Below are positions 9,690 through 17,534 of a stretch of 64,000 nt of DNA, piece after piece. This DNA comes from Verrucomicrobiota bacterium (GTDB lineage: Bacteria; Verrucomicrobiota; Verrucomicrobiia; Limisphaerales; Palsa-1400): the NCBI GenBank assembly GCA_049510745.1, contig JBEKYR010000008.1, positions 210,232 through 274,231 of the forward strand, read 5' to 3'. A program made the position numbers and the translations under genes. The notes under the pieces are model-generated. The model was not told where the DNA came from, searched no databases, and saw nothing but the letters and a program-made list of their open reading frames with translations. Every line of letters begins with the position of its first letter. The first letter of the stretch is position 1.

Positions 9690-9821
9690 ATGATTAAACC
9701 GAAGAAGAAGCGCAAGGGAGATGCGGCCCAAGTCGCTTAAAGCGTCATGCAGGAGGTTATCCGAATGAGCAATAAGCCCATTGTCGCCCCGCCCGCCACA
9801 AAGCCCAAGAAAAAGCGGTAA
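9690..9821 (+). pseudogene. Small basic ORF interrupted by an in-frame TAA
   Basis: MIKPKKKRKGDAAQVA*SVMQEVIRMSNKPIVAPPATKPKKKR*, internal TAA at 9738-9740, just inside the left TIR. Confidence 0.45.
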
Positions 9822-9868
9822 TTTTCGGGCTTTCTTCATGGGCGGAATTGGGGCTTTATGCGGTGATT

Positions 9869-10468
9869 ATGCCGAAACCGCAACCGAAGCGCTCCAAGGT
9901 CAAAAAGGACACCCCAACGCGTAGGCTTAAATTTGCTGGTCAAATCAGGGAGTGGGCCAAAAAAGATATTGTGACCGCAACATTTTTCGCGCAAAGAGGG
10001 AGAATATTCAGCGACATGGAATTGGCATTGGTGTGTTATTACTTCATCTGGGATAAATTTAAAGTCCTGCAATCCGGTCAAAATCCAATCGAACAAGGAA
10101 TTTTGGGGGAACTATGGACAAAGGAGGTGTCGGACGCATACTCAAAAAACATTTCGCAACTTTTTGCCCAAGATCGAAGAAAACTATGCGGGATATTCTT
10201 GAATGCAGTGGAAAACCGCGATGCTGGAAAGATTTTAGAGATTGCCAAGGCGGTCAAATTCTTAAAGACATTCAAAGAGAATAGCGACCATTGCCGGGCT
10301 GGCATCTTGGGTTTGAAAAGTGTACTGGATAAAAATAACCGAAAAATGCCAATCAGCGAACTGGCGCGGGCGGTCAAATGGCCTGCAAGTGACGCAAAGC
10401 ACGGATTTTGGAGACTTCGCAGAATCGCCAAGGAATTGAATTTCCCGCTGGAGCCTCAACACAAATAA
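9869..10468 (+). CDS. Hypothetical protein with possible C-terminal HTH
   Basis: AT-rich ORF; C-terminal MPISELARAVKW...LRRIAKELNFP looks helix-turn-helix-like. Confidence 0.6.
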   Translation: MPKPQPKRSKVKKDTPTRRLKFAGQIREWAKKDIVTATFFAQRGRIFSDMELALVCYYFIWDKFKVLQSGQNPIEQGILGELWTKEVSDAYSKNISQLFAQDRRKLCGIFLNAVENRDAGKILEIAKAVKFLKTFKENSDHCRAGILGLKSVLDKNNRKMPISELARAVKWPASDAKHGFWRLRRIAKELNFPLEPQHK

Positions 10469-10683
10469 GGCCGTGCAAACCGCGATAATGTGTTGAGTGT
10501 GTTTCAACTTCATAGGGTAAATTCCCCTCACGGAACTGCAATTCCGCAATAGGCGCATGTAATTTAGAAACCGCTTTGTGTCCAATGCCCGCGCCGGGTG
10601 TTTTGCAGTTGGATGCGAGGCGGTTTTCGTTTTTGCGATTATGAAATTAAAACGGTCGCGCTTGCGTAGCCATTAAGGGCGGA

Positions 10684-10759
10684 TACGTGGAGCGCGGACA
10701 AATGGGCACGGCCCGCTTGGTGATTCTTTGGCAAGACAACCAAGCGGGCCGCAAACGTA
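10684..10759 (+). ncRNA. Structured RNA segment directly upstream of the tRNA-like gene
   Basis: Perfect 13-bp stem CGGCCCGCTTGGT (10709-10721)/ACCAAGCGGGCCG (10739-10751), inner TCTT/AAGA stem, outer TACGT/ACGTA stem. Confidence 0.4.
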
Positions 10760-10765
10760 ATGAAT

Positions 10766-10861
10766 GGGGCCAGTCCCCTTTGGCTGGACGCCGTAACGCG
10801 GGTTTAGACCGCTAGGGGCATTGTGTAATGCAATGGGGTTCGACTCCCACTGGTTCCACCA
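10766..10861 (+). tRNA. Non-canonical tRNA-like gene (allo-tRNA-like 9/3 fold, Ala identity G3:U70/A73, possible anticodon UUA)
   Basis: GGGGCCAGT pairs with ACTGGTTCC (9 bp), followed by A and an encoded CCA. T arm GGG-TTCGACT-CCC; V-like arm CATTG/CAATG; GCGG-GTTTAGA-CCGC hairpin; TGGC-TGGAC-GCCG D-like hairpin. Confidence 0.65.
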
Positions 10862-11017
10862 TTTACGCGGATACAGAACCACAGTCTGCCGCTGAAAGCA
10901 AGACTTTTCTGGCCCATTTCGACTGCGACAGGCCAGATTTGACGATTGTCGCATCAATTGTTTTGCGCTCGCCAGCCGTGAACCGGAGTTTTATGGCGTG
11001 CAAACAGGACAACATAC

Positions 11018-11566
11018 CTAGTCCGCCATCTCGCCGGTAAAAAACTCCACTATTTGTTCTTTTGTTCGCGGCTTGGTGCCGCGCTTCTGCACTACTTCGT
11101 GGTAAACTAAATAGAATCCAGTCCAGACGTCAGATTCATCGCCCTTTTGCTTTCTTATCACCTGGTCAAAACACGTCTCCCAGTAATATTGAATGTAAAT
11201 CGAGTAGTCGCAATAAATCCTACTTTTCTGCATTTCATGGTCTTCAAGCGCGGAGCCAAGATCATTAAAGAAATCAATTATATCCTCGCTTATGTCGGCT
11301 GGTTTATCCAGGTTTTCCAAGATTATTTTTGCGGCTTTTTGGCGCTTTGGTTCAAGCCGTTCCCAGCGTTCCTCGAAGTAATTGGCCCTTTCTTCGGCTT
11401 TTTCACCCCACTTGAACCGAGATATGAGAACGCAAAGGATTGCGCTTATGATAAACCATTTGCCTGCAATCGCGTGGTCTTGTGATGCGATGGCGGCAAA
11501 AAGCGGGGCACCAACTAACACAACCAGCCCCTCCGCTCGAATCCATCTGTGGAGCCAAGGAAACAT
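11018..11566 (-). CDS. Membrane-anchored hypothetical protein (DUF4760-like)
   Basis: Two N-terminal hydrophobic helices, then IIDFFNDLG...IY.DYSIYIQYYW resembling DUF4760. AT-rich. Confidence 0.6.
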   Translation of the reverse strand: MFPWLHRWIRAEGLVVLVGAPLFAAIASQDHAIAGKWFIISAILCVLISRFKWGEKAEERANYFEERWERLEPKRQKAAKIILENLDKPADISEDIIDFFNDLGSALEDHEMQKSRIYCDYSIYIQYYWETCFDQVIRKQKGDESDVWTGFYLVYHEVVQKRGTKPRTKEQIVEFFTGEMAD

Positions 11567-11689
11567 TTGGCCAGATTGACCCTAAATCCGATGTTGAAAA
11601 GGCATTTTTTGAGCCTGTTTTGCTTTCACATCCCGAATTTATACCACTACTATTCAGAAAATACGTGCTTCATGTTGAATATCAGAGGT

Positions 11690-11727
11690 TTACAAATCGC
11701 GCCGCAGAGCGGCGGCGCGATTTGTAA
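11690..11727. repeat. Perfect 16-bp inverted repeat
   Basis: TTACAAATCGCGCCGC (11690-11705)/GCGGCGCGATTTGTAA (11712-11727), 6-nt loop. Confidence 0.8.
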
Positions 11728-11862
11728 GATCTCTCAATTTCTCCGTTGACAGGTTCTTGGCTGAAAACGCGGCGGGCGCGATTACAAGCTTCAAAGTAGC
11801 CCACTACCTGGCCTTGACTGGGCTTGACCGGACAAGGAGGAAGGCAGGATGAATTCAGCGGT

Positions 11863-13203
11863 TCAACGGCGGCGCGCCGTCAACGAGGAGGGTCGGGATT
11901 TCTTCCGGGTGCTTTTCGCCGCCGCCGGTTTTGCGCCTGTCCGGGCGTGTTGTTCCATCGCGGCTTCGACCCGGGCGCGGTCGGTTTCGACAAAGCACTG
12001 GAGTTGTTCGGCGGAGGGCAGCACCGTGAGATAGCGGGAAACGAAGAGGCGGTTGTCCATGCCCGCCGTGGCGAACTGCACCTTGGTGTGGTCCTTGTCG
12101 CTACAGAGGAGGATGCCGACGGGCGGTTGATCGCCCTCCGCCATCATGCGGTCCTTAAAATAGTTGAGGTAATAATTCATCTGGCCCGCGTCGCCGTGTT
12201 GGAAGGGGCGGACTTTCAGATCGAGCAGGACGTGGCAACGGAGGCGCCGTTGATAGAAGACCAAATCCACGTAGTCGTGCTCGTTGCCAAGGGTCACCCG
12301 GAACTGGCGGGCCTCGAAACAAAAGCCCGTGCCGAGTTCGAGCAGGAATTTTTGCAGGTGGTCGAGCAGGGCCGTTTCGAGATCGCTCTCGGTGTATTGC
12401 GGCAATTGGGCGAGGCCGGTGAATTCGAGGACGTAGGGATCGCGGATCAGGTCTTCGATGGTTTCCTGCGGCTCTTGAGCGCGGGCGCGTTTGATGACGG
12501 CGGCTTTATTTCTGGAAAGACCGGTCCGCTCAAAAAGGAGTGACCCAATCTGGCGTTGAAGCTGGCGCTTCGACCAGTTGCCCTTGAGACACTCGTTTTC
12601 ATAGAAGGCGCGCTTTAGCGGGTCGTCGATGCGAATGAGTTCAAGGATGTGCGTCCAGGAGAAATGAAGGACGGCTTCGGGAGAAAGAGGCGTTATGCCG
12701 GAAGATTGGCCAACCCGTGGTTGGCCAATTCCGTAACCGGTGGTGACGGAATGACCAGCCAGACCAGAGGTTGCCGGCGCGCTCAATTCCGTAAGCGGTG
12801 AGGACGGAATTTTGCCGCCAAAAGCGCGCCGGGAAATCCTCACCGGTGGTGAGGATTTTTGACTCCCACCGCCTGGCAGAAGGAGACGATTGCCCAATTC
12901 CCTCACCAGCGGTGAGGAAATCTTTGAGCCAAGTTGAGGATAAACTCCGTAGAGCAGGCGTGTGCGTTCCAACATCTGAACGCTTAAGCCACCGATCCCA
13001 CGTTGTTTCAGGTCAGCGGCAAGCCGTGACAACAATCGGACTCCGTATTTCGCGCGATCCTCGCCATTCTGCTCGAATTCCACGAGGTATGCCCCAACCA
13101 GCCAGTTACGGATGACGAGGGATTGATTGACGACGGCGGCGGCGCGACCGAGCAACTCCCGGCTGGCCGAATCAATCGCTTTGACAAGTTGATTGTATCT
13201 CAT
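11863..13203 (-). CDS. DUF1016/YhcG family PD-(D/E)XK nuclease with expanded internal region
   Basis: RNWLVGAYLVEFEQNGEDRAKYG, FSWTH, WSKRQLQRQI, IRDPYVLEFTG, FLLELGTGFCFEARQ, VDLVFY and GQMNYYLNY motifs. Confidence 0.92.
   Translation of the reverse strand: MRYNQLVKAIDSASRELLGRAAAVVNQSLVIRNWLVGAYLVEFEQNGEDRAKYGVRLLSRLAADLKQRGIGGLSVQMLERTRLLYGVYPQLGSKISSPLVRELGNRLLLPGGGSQKSSPPVRISRRAFGGKIPSSPLTELSAPATSGLAGHSVTTGYGIGQPRVGQSSGITPLSPEAVLHFSWTHILELIRIDDPLKRAFYENECLKGNWSKRQLQRQIGSLLFERTGLSRNKAAVIKRARAQEPQETIEDLIRDPYVLEFTGLAQLPQYTESDLETALLDHLQKFLLELGTGFCFEARQFRVTLGNEHDYVDLVFYQRRLRCHVLLDLKVRPFQHGDAGQMNYYLNYFKDRMMAEGDQPPVGILLCSDKDHTKVQFATAGMDNRLFVSRYLTVLPSAEQLQCFVETDRARVEAAMEQHARTGAKPAAAKSTRKKSRPSSLTARRR
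12728..12921. repeat. Four degenerate 25-bp palindromes (11-3-11) with unique spacers inside the DUF1016 gene
   Basis: Units at 12728-12752, 12786-12810, 12834-12858 and 12897-12921; spacers of 33, 23 and 38 nt. Confidence 0.8.
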
Positions 13204-13548
13204 GGGCGTCAGCGGGTGGCGTCACAAACTTCGTGCAGATGTCGCGCTCGCTGAGGGCCTCTTTCTCGGCTGAGGCCGTTCCAACTTCCGGTCGAGCGCA
13301 CCGGCGGCGGCAACGACACGAGGGAGATCAAGGTGTCCAGTCGGGGGCGCTTGCCCGGCGATTGGTGAAACTTTCGCGTCTTCAGCCATTGTGACTTCCG
13401 AGAGGATGGGCCGTAATGAGCAGACTTGCAGCAAAAAACGTCCTCCCGGGTGACTTGGGCGGGGCGGAGCGCATGAAGGCATTTGCAATTTTCGCGCGCG
13501 GAGATACAATAGGAGGAGTTGTTGAACCGGTTCAATCGTTGTTTTTCT

Positions 13549-14079
13549 ATGAGTTGGATGCTTTTTGCTTTGATGACGGTCGTTTCGTGGGGGCTTTATG
13601 GAATCTTTCTGCACAGCGGCCAGACGGCCATGGCGGACAAATCCAACGGCCTCTTTAAATCGTTCTTATTCGTCGGCCTGGCTTACTTCTTGACAGCCGT
13701 GCTCGCCCCGCTGGCCATGCTGGCGACGCGCAAGACGGACTGGAGTTTTCCAACCGCCGGCATGGGATGGTCGCTCCTGGCCGGGATCGTCGGCGCGGCG
13801 GGGGCGTTTTGCGTCCTGCTGGCCTTCGGCGCCAAAGGAACGCCGGGAGTGGTGATGGCGATTGTTTTTGCCGGCGCCCCCATCATCAACGCGGTCGTGG
13901 CGATGATCGAGTATCCGCCGGAAGGCGGCTGGGGGGCGGTTCGCTGGCCGTTTTATCTGGGCATTGTCCTGGCGGCGACGGGCGGGTGTTTGGTGACGTT
14001 CTTCAAGCCGCCGCCCGCCCGGCCGCACGCGCCCGCGCCGACGGCGCAGAGGACAATGGCCAATCAGGCGCGGAACTAA
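13549..14079 (+). CDS. Small multi-pass membrane protein (EamA/DMT half-transporter-like)
   Basis: About five hydrophobic helices; LMTVVSWGLYG and VMAIVFAGAPIINAVV. Confidence 0.7.
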   Translation: MSWMLFALMTVVSWGLYGIFLHSGQTAMADKSNGLFKSFLFVGLAYFLTAVLAPLAMLATRKTDWSFPTAGMGWSLLAGIVGAAGAFCVLLAFGAKGTPGVVMAIVFAGAPIINAVVAMIEYPPEGGWGAVRWPFYLGIVLAATGGCLVTFFKPPPARPHAPAPTAQRTMANQARN

Positions 14080-15356
14080 TGCCTTTCCCCACGCATGAGT
14101 CGATGGCGGCCGATCAGCTTGCGCAATTGCGCCGTTTGCTCGCCGCCCTTTTGCCGGGCAACGCTTTTTACCGGAAGAAACTCGCCGGACTCGACCCGGC
14201 CATCGCAAGCCTGGAGGATTTTTCGGCGCGATTTCCCTTCACGACGAAGCAGGAATTGGCGGAGGACCAGCGCGAGTCGCCGCCCTTCGGCACAAACCTC
14301 ACTTTCCCGATCGCCCGCTACACCAGGTTTCACCAAACCAGCGGGACGGCCAGCGCGCCGTTGCGCTGGGTGGATACGCCGGAAAGCTGGAATGGGATGG
14401 TGGAGAGTTGGAAGGACATTTTCCGGGCGGCGGGCGTGGGCGCGGCGGACCGCGTTTATTTTGCGTTTTCGTTCGGGCCGTTCATCGGATTCTGGCTGGC
14501 GTTTGACGCGGCCCAACAGTTGGGTTGCCTGTGCCTGCCCGGCGGCGGCTTGAGCAGCGCCGGGCGGCTGCAAGGCATCCTGGACAACCGGGCGACGGTG
14601 GTGTGCTGCACGCCCAGTTATGCCGCCCACCTGGCGGAGACGGCGGCGCGGAAGAGAATCGATCTCAAATCCGGCGCGGTGCACGCCTTGATCGTGGCCG
14701 GGGAACCCGGCGGCAGCATTCCCGCCACGCGCCGGCGGCTGCGCGAACTTTGGCCGGGCGCCAGGATTTTCGATCATCATGGCATGACGGAAACCGGGCC
14801 GGTGTCGCACGAATGCCCGCAAGAGCCGGGGACGCTGCACGTTTTGGAGCGAGCCTACCTGGCGGAAGTGGTCGATGCCCGCGGGCAGCCGGCGCGGGCG
14901 GGCGAGGCGGGAGAATTAGTTTTGACGACATTGGGGCGGACCGGCTCGCCGGTCTTGCGCTACCGCACGGGCGACGTGGCGCGGGCCAAAGCGCGAGGGG
15001 AGGCCTGCGCCTGCGGGCGGCACGACCTGGCGCTGGCCGGCGGAATCCTCGGACGGACAGACGAAATGCTGATCGTTCGCGGGGTGAACATTTATCCGAC
15101 GGCGGTGGAGGAGGTGTTGCGCGGTTTTCCGGAGCTGGCGGAATACCGGGTGGACGTGGACGGGTCGCGCAGCCTCGTGGAGTTGCGCCTGTGCGTGGAG
15201 CCGCGGGCGGACTGCGCGGAACCGGCGGCGCTGGCGGCGCGGGTGCAAGAGGCGCTGCACGGGGTCTTCAATTTGCGCATGCCCGTGACGCTGGCCCCGG
15301 CGGGCAGCCTGCCGCGCTTCGAGATGAAAGCCAAGAGGTGGCAGTTTGCGCCGTGA
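14079..15356 (+). CDS. Phenylacetate--CoA ligase family protein
   Basis: FPFTTKQEL, HQTSGT, AGEPGG, DHHGMTE, LRYRTGD and RGVNIYP motifs; ATG 14079 overlaps the upstream TAA. Confidence 0.88.
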   Translation: MPFPTHESMAADQLAQLRRLLAALLPGNAFYRKKLAGLDPAIASLEDFSARFPFTTKQELAEDQRESPPFGTNLTFPIARYTRFHQTSGTASAPLRWVDTPESWNGMVESWKDIFRAAGVGAADRVYFAFSFGPFIGFWLAFDAAQQLGCLCLPGGGLSSAGRLQGILDNRATVVCCTPSYAAHLAETAARKRIDLKSGAVHALIVAGEPGGSIPATRRRLRELWPGARIFDHHGMTETGPVSHECPQEPGTLHVLERAYLAEVVDARGQPARAGEAGELVLTTLGRTGSPVLRYRTGDVARAKARGEACACGRHDLALAGGILGRTDEMLIVRGVNIYPTAVEEVLRGFPELAEYRVDVDGSRSLVELRLCVEPRADCAEPAALAARVQEALHGVFNLRMPVTLAPAGSLPRFEMKAKRWQFAP

Positions 15357-15421
15357 CATTGGTTTTGCGGGAATAACCTCTCCCGCGTGAGGAGAAAGGG
15401 CGCGCTTTGTCCAATTGAACG

Positions 15422-17389
15422 GTGAAACCGGACGACTTGCGCAACGAAGCCCAATACACCACCGGCAAAATCCTTCGTCTCTGGGCCGTGGCAACTTTGC
15501 CGCTGGCGCTTCTCGGCTGGGGTGTGGCGCCCGTCCTGGCGGCGCGCGCTCCCTTGGCTGCGCCCATTCTTTACTGGCTGCTGATGTCGGCCGGGATGGG
15601 CTGGGTGTGTTTTGTCGCATTCTGGATCATCCGGCGTGAAGAAGGAGACCTGAGCCGGCAAACTCTCTCGCAACGTTTATGGCTCAACGGGCCGCGGTCG
15701 CCTCGAACGGACCAACCGCAGGCCCGGCTGTTGTGGTGGTTGCTGCCTTGTCTTCTGATTGCCTTCCTCGGCCTGGCCCTTCAACTGGCGCTGATGGCAC
15801 TCGTCCACAGCGTCTGGAGTTTCCAGTTCCCGCACGCCCGATGGTCCCTGTTGTGGCCCGCGTATGCCAACCTTCTTGAACTGGTCAGTCCGCAATACGC
15901 CGCTCTTTGGTGGCTGGGCGCCGGGGTGATGGGCCTTTGGTTTGTCAGCAGCCTGGTGGCGGAAGAGACCCTCTTTCGCGGCGTGCTCCTTCCCAAAATG
16001 CAGGGGGCGTTTGGCAGGAAAGACTGGATGGCTAACGGGTTCCTCTACGCTGCTTTCTCAATCTTCCAGCCCTGGATGATTCCAGTGCGGGTGCTGGATG
16101 CATTCGCCATTGTCTGGCCGGTCCGCCGCTTTCGCAGTCTGCCTATGGGCATCATCGTCCGCGGCTTTTCAACGGCTGGCTTGCTGGCGGCTTTTTGGCT
16201 TGGGTTTTATGAGGCGCCGCTCAAGCCGTTGCCGGCTTCGTTGAACCTCCCTTACATCTGCTGTCATCCGCAACCGGTTAGTTTTAGGAGCTGGCCCGGC
16301 TGGCGCGCTCCGCTGACCAACCTGCCGGAGTTTAATCCGGACAACCCGTGGTTCTCGGTCGATTTGCGCTCCCGCGATGCGTCGGGTCTGGATTTGCGCG
16401 ATTCGGGAAAAGACCTGGAACACGCCGATTATGACAGTCAAACCATCTGGCCGCCGAAAGATCGAATGCCGCCCGGCTTTGATCCGGCCCAGATCCTTGA
16501 ACTCGGAAAGAATCCCGGCTTGGGCGTCCGCGGGTTGCACACGCAAGGCATCACCGGACGCGGGATCGGTATTGGCATTGTTGACCATTTCCCGCTGACC
16601 GATCACCGCGAGTACGCGGGGCAGGTCAAATGGTACGAGGAAATCAACGTGTGGGGAGCGTCAACGGCCCAAATGCACGGCCTGGCCGTGGCCTCCATCG
16701 CCGTTGGCAGGACCGTGGGAGTGGCGCCCGAAGCGGAACTCTACTTCGTCGGCTTTGGCGACAACCTGCGAATCGGGTCATTCCTGCCGCACTACTATGC
16801 TCAAGGCGTGCGCCGGCTCTTGCAGGTCAGCCGGCGCCTCCCGCACGAGCACAGGATTCGGGCGATGTCATTGTCTTTCGGGCCGGGGCCCGGCCTGCTC
16901 GGGTATGAAGACTTCATCAGCGCCATCAAGGAGGCTGAAGCCGAGGGTATCTTTGTTGCGTGGTGCGGGGAGGGGCGGTTTCCGATTTCGGGGTTGGGCG
17001 TTGCACCGGCAGCCGATCGCGATGACTTTCAATCCTATTCCGTTCCGCCGTGGATTCTCTGGCGCCTGCCCCGGGCCGGTCCCGTTTCCGGGCGGCTGTT
17101 TGTTCCCATGGACTCGCGGACAACCGCCAGTCCAACCGGCGTGAACGATTACGTGTTCTATGGTCCCGGAGGCGCAAGCTGGACTGTGCCATACGCGGCC
17201 GGCGCCTATGCCCTCGCGGCCCAGGTTGCTCCGGACATCACGCCCGAACAGTTCTGGTCGCTGGCCCTCAAGACCGGGCGCAACGTCCAGGCGAAATCCA
17301 ATGGCCGCGACGTGGCCGTCGGACCGCTCATTAACATGGCGGCCTTGGTCAAGGCCCTGGCCGACAAGGAAGGGATGCGGGTAAAATAG
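15422..17389 (+). CDS. Fusion of CPBP (Abi/CAAX) membrane domain and S8 subtilase domain
   Basis: N-half multi-TM with AEETLFRG; C-half GIGIGIVD, MHGLAVASIAVG and GGASWTVP give a D/H/S triad. Confidence 0.8.
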   Translation: MKPDDLRNEAQYTTGKILRLWAVATLPLALLGWGVAPVLAARAPLAAPILYWLLMSAGMGWVCFVAFWIIRREEGDLSRQTLSQRLWLNGPRSPRTDQPQARLLWWLLPCLLIAFLGLALQLALMALVHSVWSFQFPHARWSLLWPAYANLLELVSPQYAALWWLGAGVMGLWFVSSLVAEETLFRGVLLPKMQGAFGRKDWMANGFLYAAFSIFQPWMIPVRVLDAFAIVWPVRRFRSLPMGIIVRGFSTAGLLAAFWLGFYEAPLKPLPASLNLPYICCHPQPVSFRSWPGWRAPLTNLPEFNPDNPWFSVDLRSRDASGLDLRDSGKDLEHADYDSQTIWPPKDRMPPGFDPAQILELGKNPGLGVRGLHTQGITGRGIGIGIVDHFPLTDHREYAGQVKWYEEINVWGASTAQMHGLAVASIAVGRTVGVAPEAELYFVGFGDNLRIGSFLPHYYAQGVRRLLQVSRRLPHEHRIRAMSLSFGPGPGLLGYEDFISAIKEAEAEGIFVAWCGEGRFPISGLGVAPAADRDDFQSYSVPPWILWRLPRAGPVSGRLFVPMDSRTTASPTGVNDYVFYGPGGASWTVPYAAGAYALAAQVAPDITPEQFWSLALKTGRNVQAKSNGRDVAVGPLINMAALVKALADKEGMRVK

Positions 17390-17458
17390 CGTGGATTTCC
17401 CCCGAGAAATCGACGTTTTTTTTCCAGCGGCTCAGGGAGGACCGTCGATTGCCGAAAG

Positions 17459-17508
17459 AATGACGAAGCCCCAACGACGAAATTCGCGCGGGCCGACTTT
17501 TCGTCATT
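17459..17508. terminator. Inverted repeat between convergent genes, possible terminator
   Basis: AATGACGAA (17459-17467)/TTCGTCATT (17500-17508). Confidence 0.3.
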
Positions 17509-17534
17509 GAGTCATTTAAGCCTTCTTTTGTCAG

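Larger units (their letters stand above)
9629..11808. mobile_element. Non-autonomous TIR-bounded cargo element (IS1-like ends, no transposase)
   Basis: Left end GGTTGTGGGCTACTTTGAA (9629-9647) and right end TTCAAAGTAGCCCACTACC (11790-11808) are inverted, 18/19 identical. Flanks TGATCTTG (9621-9628) and TGGCCTTG (11809-11816) match 6/8. Interior is visibly AT-richer. Confidence 0.75.

Noticed and set aside
10766..10861. tmRNA (ssrA) or tRNA-Sec call
   Set aside because: The ends resemble tmRNA (GGGGC...TCCACCA), but it is only 96 nt with no tag ORF or pseudoknots; there is no UCA anticodon or 8/5 fold for SelC.
12728..12921. Canonical CRISPR array
   Set aside because: Repeats are degenerate, spacers uneven, the array lies inside an intact ORF and there are no cas genes in the window. 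Reported as a non-CRISPR palindrome array.
13209..13535. Short ORFs upstream of DUF1016
   Set aside because: No recognisable motifs and conflicting frames; probably a divergent promoter region.
13767..14078. N-terminal extension of the 529-aa CoA-ligase ORF
   Set aside because: Overlaps the membrane-protein gene in another frame; ATG 14079, coupled to the upstream stop, is the better start.
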